From positions 124,001 through 188,000 of the forward strand of contig JAAOMT010000699.1 in NCBI GenBank assembly GCA_016748015.1: a stretch of DNA of 64,000 nucleotides, written 5' to 3'. The position numbers and the translations under genes were made by a program. Position 1 is the stretch's first letter, and the number at the start of each line of letters is the position of its first letter. The notes under the pieces were generated by a model. The model was not told where the DNA came from. It searched no databases and worked only from the letters and a program-made list of their open reading frames with translations. Source of the stretch: Geosiphon pyriformis uo1 (taxonomy: Eukaryota > Fungi > Glomeromycota). Below, in pieces: positions 59,725-64,000 of this stretch.

Positions 59725-62700
59725 GAACAAAATAAGCTAATAAACTAAAAAATTGCAAATAAAATAAAATGCATATATAGAATTGCCAGTTAAACTTATT
59801 TTAAGAATTAGCTAAAAATTACAAAGTCCCAAAATCGTCTTTATAATTGAGAACATCCAAAGGAGTTGTTAAACCTTGATATTCAATGATCAAATTATTC
59901 TGCTTAAATAATGTCTGGGGGCAAGATTTATCAAATTATTATTGATCCAAAAATACTTTTTAATACACTTGAGTCCCAGTACGAAATTAATTAACTTGGT
60001 ATTATTGGATCAAAGTCTCTTTTATAAATTTTTATTCATCTCAACTCATTTGATTAAGATGAGCGCTTAAGTTTTCTCCATTGAAGTCTAGATTTTATAT
60101 GCAAGGGTCGGTTGGCTTTCTTCATAACTGAATAAAAGTATTGAAATATTCTTAGTAGCTAAAATAAAACAGAGGAACAATGGGATTAAATTATTATTTC
60201 TTCGTCTTTTTTGACTATGAGGTAATACGAAATGTAATTCACCAATCTTATTTTCGAAAAATTGTTATAACCCCTGCAAGCTACACATTACAAAATATTT
60301 AATGGAAGATTTGAAAGAAAAAAGAGTAAATATTTACAAAAGAATATACAGTGCTAAAGATAGTACTTGTTTAGCTTTTTGTGTAAACTTCTCTTGTCAT
60401 GTTAAGAGGATTAGAAAAAAGACCTTTGAAATTAATCAGTTCTGTGATGATTAAGCTAACACAATCTATTAATATATTTACAAAAATTAAAACCAATCAA
60501 TTCTATGAATTAAGTTAAAATTAATGAAAAAATATAATTTCTCGAAGTTGGTTTTAAAGTTGCTAGCAATATATTTATCTTTATCAGATAAGGGTTAATA
60601 AATAACCCCCTCGTGGAGAAAAATTTCTATCTCCTCCTTTTTATATTCTTACTGGTTTTGATTAGAATTTCCTTTATCTTTTTTTCTTACTTTTAATATC
60701 ACAAAAATTTCTATTTTCAAACAAATTAAAGTAAAAAAAAATATCAAAAAAAAACAATTAAAATTATTAGGTTTAGATGATAATGGCTTATTATTCTTTG
60801 ATTTATTTGTTGAATGGTTACTTAATATTTTGAGCTTTGACTATTGTATTTTTAATAATTTTTTCTATCTCTTTCAATTATTTAATAATTTTTAATAAAT
60901 TTAATTAAAGAGTTTTCAATCAAATATTAACCTCTGCTATTAAAAAAAAAGTTAATAGAAATCTTAATAACAAAAAAATAATGCTAAATTTTTCTAAAGA
61001 GCACAAAAATAAATTAAAAAGTTTGTAAGATATAAAAAAAAATTTGAATAAAAAACAAAACTTTTGAACCCAAAAAGAAAATGACTTCTTTTTTTCCATT
61101 TTTTTTTTTAAGTGATAAAAGAAAATAAAAAAGTATTAATTAAAGATGAAAACCTAAATTTTTTTATTTATTTTTATTACTGTAAATTTTTTAGTTTTTT
61201 AAGATTGAATAATTTAAATGCAAAATTTCTGTCATTATCTTTTTCTTTAAAAGCCAAAACTACAATATTTAAAAATACTGTTTAAAGACACAAATGTTTA
61301 AGTCAATTAATAGTAAAAAAAAATAAGTTTGATAAAAAAAATGAATCAAAAAACATTTTAAAAAATAATTTATTTAATTTTATAATATAAAATTTAGCTA
61401 AATTTGAAAATATCAAAATTTTAAAAATTAATTATGAAATTATTTTTTATTATTAAAATTTGGTAAACTTTTTTATTTGTTATTAAATTAAAAAATTAAT
61501 ACAACTTTTAAAGATTTGTTTATATATTTAATAGAAAAAAGTTAACAAATATATTAATAATTTATTTAATAATTAGGCCAATAATTAAGTTAAAAAATAA
61601 TTTTAAAAATAAAATAGTTAAATATGTAATATTAATTAATAATATATAATTAAATTAATTAAAAATTATTATTTTAAGTTATAAATTTTTTAATCTAACT
61701 GTACCACTTCTAATTAAATAAAATAAAAAATTCGATTAATTAAAAAGACTTGATAATTAATTTAAGTTGGTTTTCTAAAAATCAATTTTTTATATATTTA
61801 TCTGTAATCAAATTAATAAATAAGTTAATGTTCAAGTTAATGAAAATAATTAAGTTGCCAACTGCACTAAATAATATGAAAGCTTGATACATAATGGATA
61901 AGATAAGATAAAATAAAATAAAAAACAATTATAACATATAATTCATTAATTTATAAAAATTAAAATCTATAACATAATAGATCTTCAATATTTCAAATAT
62001 TATAAGTCTGGGCAATTCAAAAAAGTTATATTTAATAATATGCAAAATGTAATTGTAAAAAAATAAGTTTTCATTTTAAAAAATTTGTTAAACTTTTTTT
62101 TGAAATTAGTTTCAAATTCATAAATAATTACAATTTAAACTATTTTTATTAAACCAAATAATATCAAAATTGCTTTAAAATGGTAAAAAACCCGAAAAAA
62201 TTAACTGATAAATAAAAAAAAAAAAAAAAAATAGGTAGTTAAAAATATTTTAAAATTTAAAAAATTGAGACTATACTGTAATATTTATTAAAATAATGTA
62301 ATTACGTATTTGAAGGGAACATTTTTAATTAATCCATTGAACTTTTAAATTTATTATTTTAACATTGAATGCTTAAACTAGATCGTTTTTTTTTTGTTTT
62401 ATTCTCATTCAATCTGTGTTATCAGCTAGCTGTTAAAATAAAATAAAATTAAGTAAAATGTGAGGATTCTGATCAAAGGGAAATTTTTTAAAACCTTGGC
62501 ATTGTATGGTAGAAAATTCTTTTATTTATTACTTAAAATGCATTATTTAAACCTTTAATCCAAATTTTTAAAGTTTATTTCTAATTTCTCTTCAGATTGC
62601 ATGAAAGAAATTATTAAATAGTTTTTCAATCTCTCACATGCAACATCAAAAAAATGGTCCAAAATCCTTTGTAAATAAAAACCTCGAATACAAAGAATGA

Positions 62701-63079
62701 AGTTTTGGAAAACGTTAAAAAGCTATCGATAACTTCTTGCTTTATCTCAAAACTTAGACACATTCAGAATTGAATGTAATCATGAACTATTTGAGAAAGA
62801 GGCTTGAGCAAACAATTGTTATATCAAAATCAGGCAAATAGTTTTTTTTTTCTAAATAGTTTCCAAAATCTTTTTTTAGATTACTGCTCCTAGGTACTAA
62901 TTTATATGATATTACAAAGTTATTGGCGTGAGGTAAAAATTTAATACTCAAAATTAAGAAATATGAAATATTTCTTCACTTTATAATTTTTTGAAAACCT
63001 CATCTCATTAATGTTAAATCTCTAGAATCTTGCAAAAATTTAAGCTTATATGACTTGAACAACATTCAAATGATCAATT

Positions 63080-63973
63080 TTAATTATTAATTTTTACATT
63101 TAAATATGATTCCATGGGAGGGCAATCAGCCATTGTATAGCTAAAATATGGTCCAAGATGTGCTTGATGAGCTGATTCTAAATCACTTGAATCAACAGCT
63201 GCATTGCAAAACTAAAATTAAAATTCAGCGTTTTAGAATTTTCTAAAAATGATTAATCTAGAATTACTCATTACTTTGAGTTCCATCTACATACCGGTGA
63301 CTCCATTCGCATTCCACTTATTTTATTAATTGGAACAGGGCACTTATACAATGGCGTATTCAAACTAGTTTTTTTCGAAGGTGATTTACAATCACAATCA
63401 ATCGGGCCAAGCCAATATTCTCGTGTATGGTGAAGGTATGGGTTTTCTGGTGTGGGATTCGGAAACTTGGGTACCCAATCATTATAATTTGTCACACGAT
63501 ATATACGACCTTTTAATTTTTGATGGACATAGTTGGCAAATTGTTCATTGCCAATACGTGGTTGACCGAATGTGAAGACAGTAAATTTAGATTTATAGCC
63601 ATCTTCTGAATTTATATCTAGAAAATTGAGGACTGCTAAAATTGCATAGACTAAAAAAAAATTTAGAAACTAATTAGAATTATTAACTTGAAACATTTTA
63701 ACTTTCAAAATTACTACTCACCACCACCAATTCCATGGCCAAAAAGAAAATATTGAAATTTCGAAGATGCTAATGTCCTTGTTTTTAGAAATAATTTTTC
63801 TAATTTAGACCATCCTTTTTGAAATTCCGTATAAAATTCGGTATCAACCATTGCATCTTTTACATTCCGATAAGATGTCATGGTACGTTGTTTTTTTAGA
63901 ACACTGAGGTCTAATTCTTTTCCTCTGAATTGAATTTTAGTGTATTTCTTTTCTTTCGTCGAGTAAATGTTTA
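63080..63973 (-). CDS. Class-3 lipase-like protein lacking the catalytic Ser (GHGIGG), 5'-partial; exons 63973-63722, 63650-63295, 63211-63080
   Basis: IQFRGK, LFGHGIGG, FTFGQPRIGN, YNDWVPKFP, AHLGPYFS. No stops; exon 1 lies beyond the window. Confidence 0.86.
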
Positions 63974-64000
63974 CTATTTGTGTATACGTATATAAATAAT

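Overview
Eukaryotic, very AT-rich fungal DNA with spliceosomal introns and assembly gaps. The gene and transposon repertoire (TKL-type kinase, tandem class-3 lipase-like genes, dUTPase-bearing Ty3/gypsy elements, RNase H-bearing LINEs) fits Glomeromycotina, possibly Geosiphon; this assignment is an inference. Positions 1-37.3 kb are nested transposon remnants. A full-length LINE (~3.5-22.8 kb, +) is split by two LTR elements that retain both LTRs and 4-bp TSDs but lack RT. Element A (4077-10203) encodes gag-protease-Cys-rich-dUTPase. Element B (13505-19933) encodes gag-integrase plus a novel 3' ORF. Next come a heavily C>T/G>A-eroded gypsy element showing the complete pol order, solo LTRs, a Harbinger-type MITE and a short young LINE 3' end. 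Positions 38-64 kb are genic: an intact kinase, a P450 pseudogene, a class-3 lipase pseudogene with the canonical GHSLGG, a 785-aa AT-hook disordered protein, and four apparently intact class-3 lipase-like genes (one cut by the window edge) that all lack the canonical nucleophile serine. The best leads are (1) this cluster of intact pseudo-lipases next to a dead catalytic copy, (2) RIP-like transition hypermutation of repeats not confined to CpG, and (3) RT-less LTR derivatives of a gypsy lineage with two uncharacterised accessory modules.
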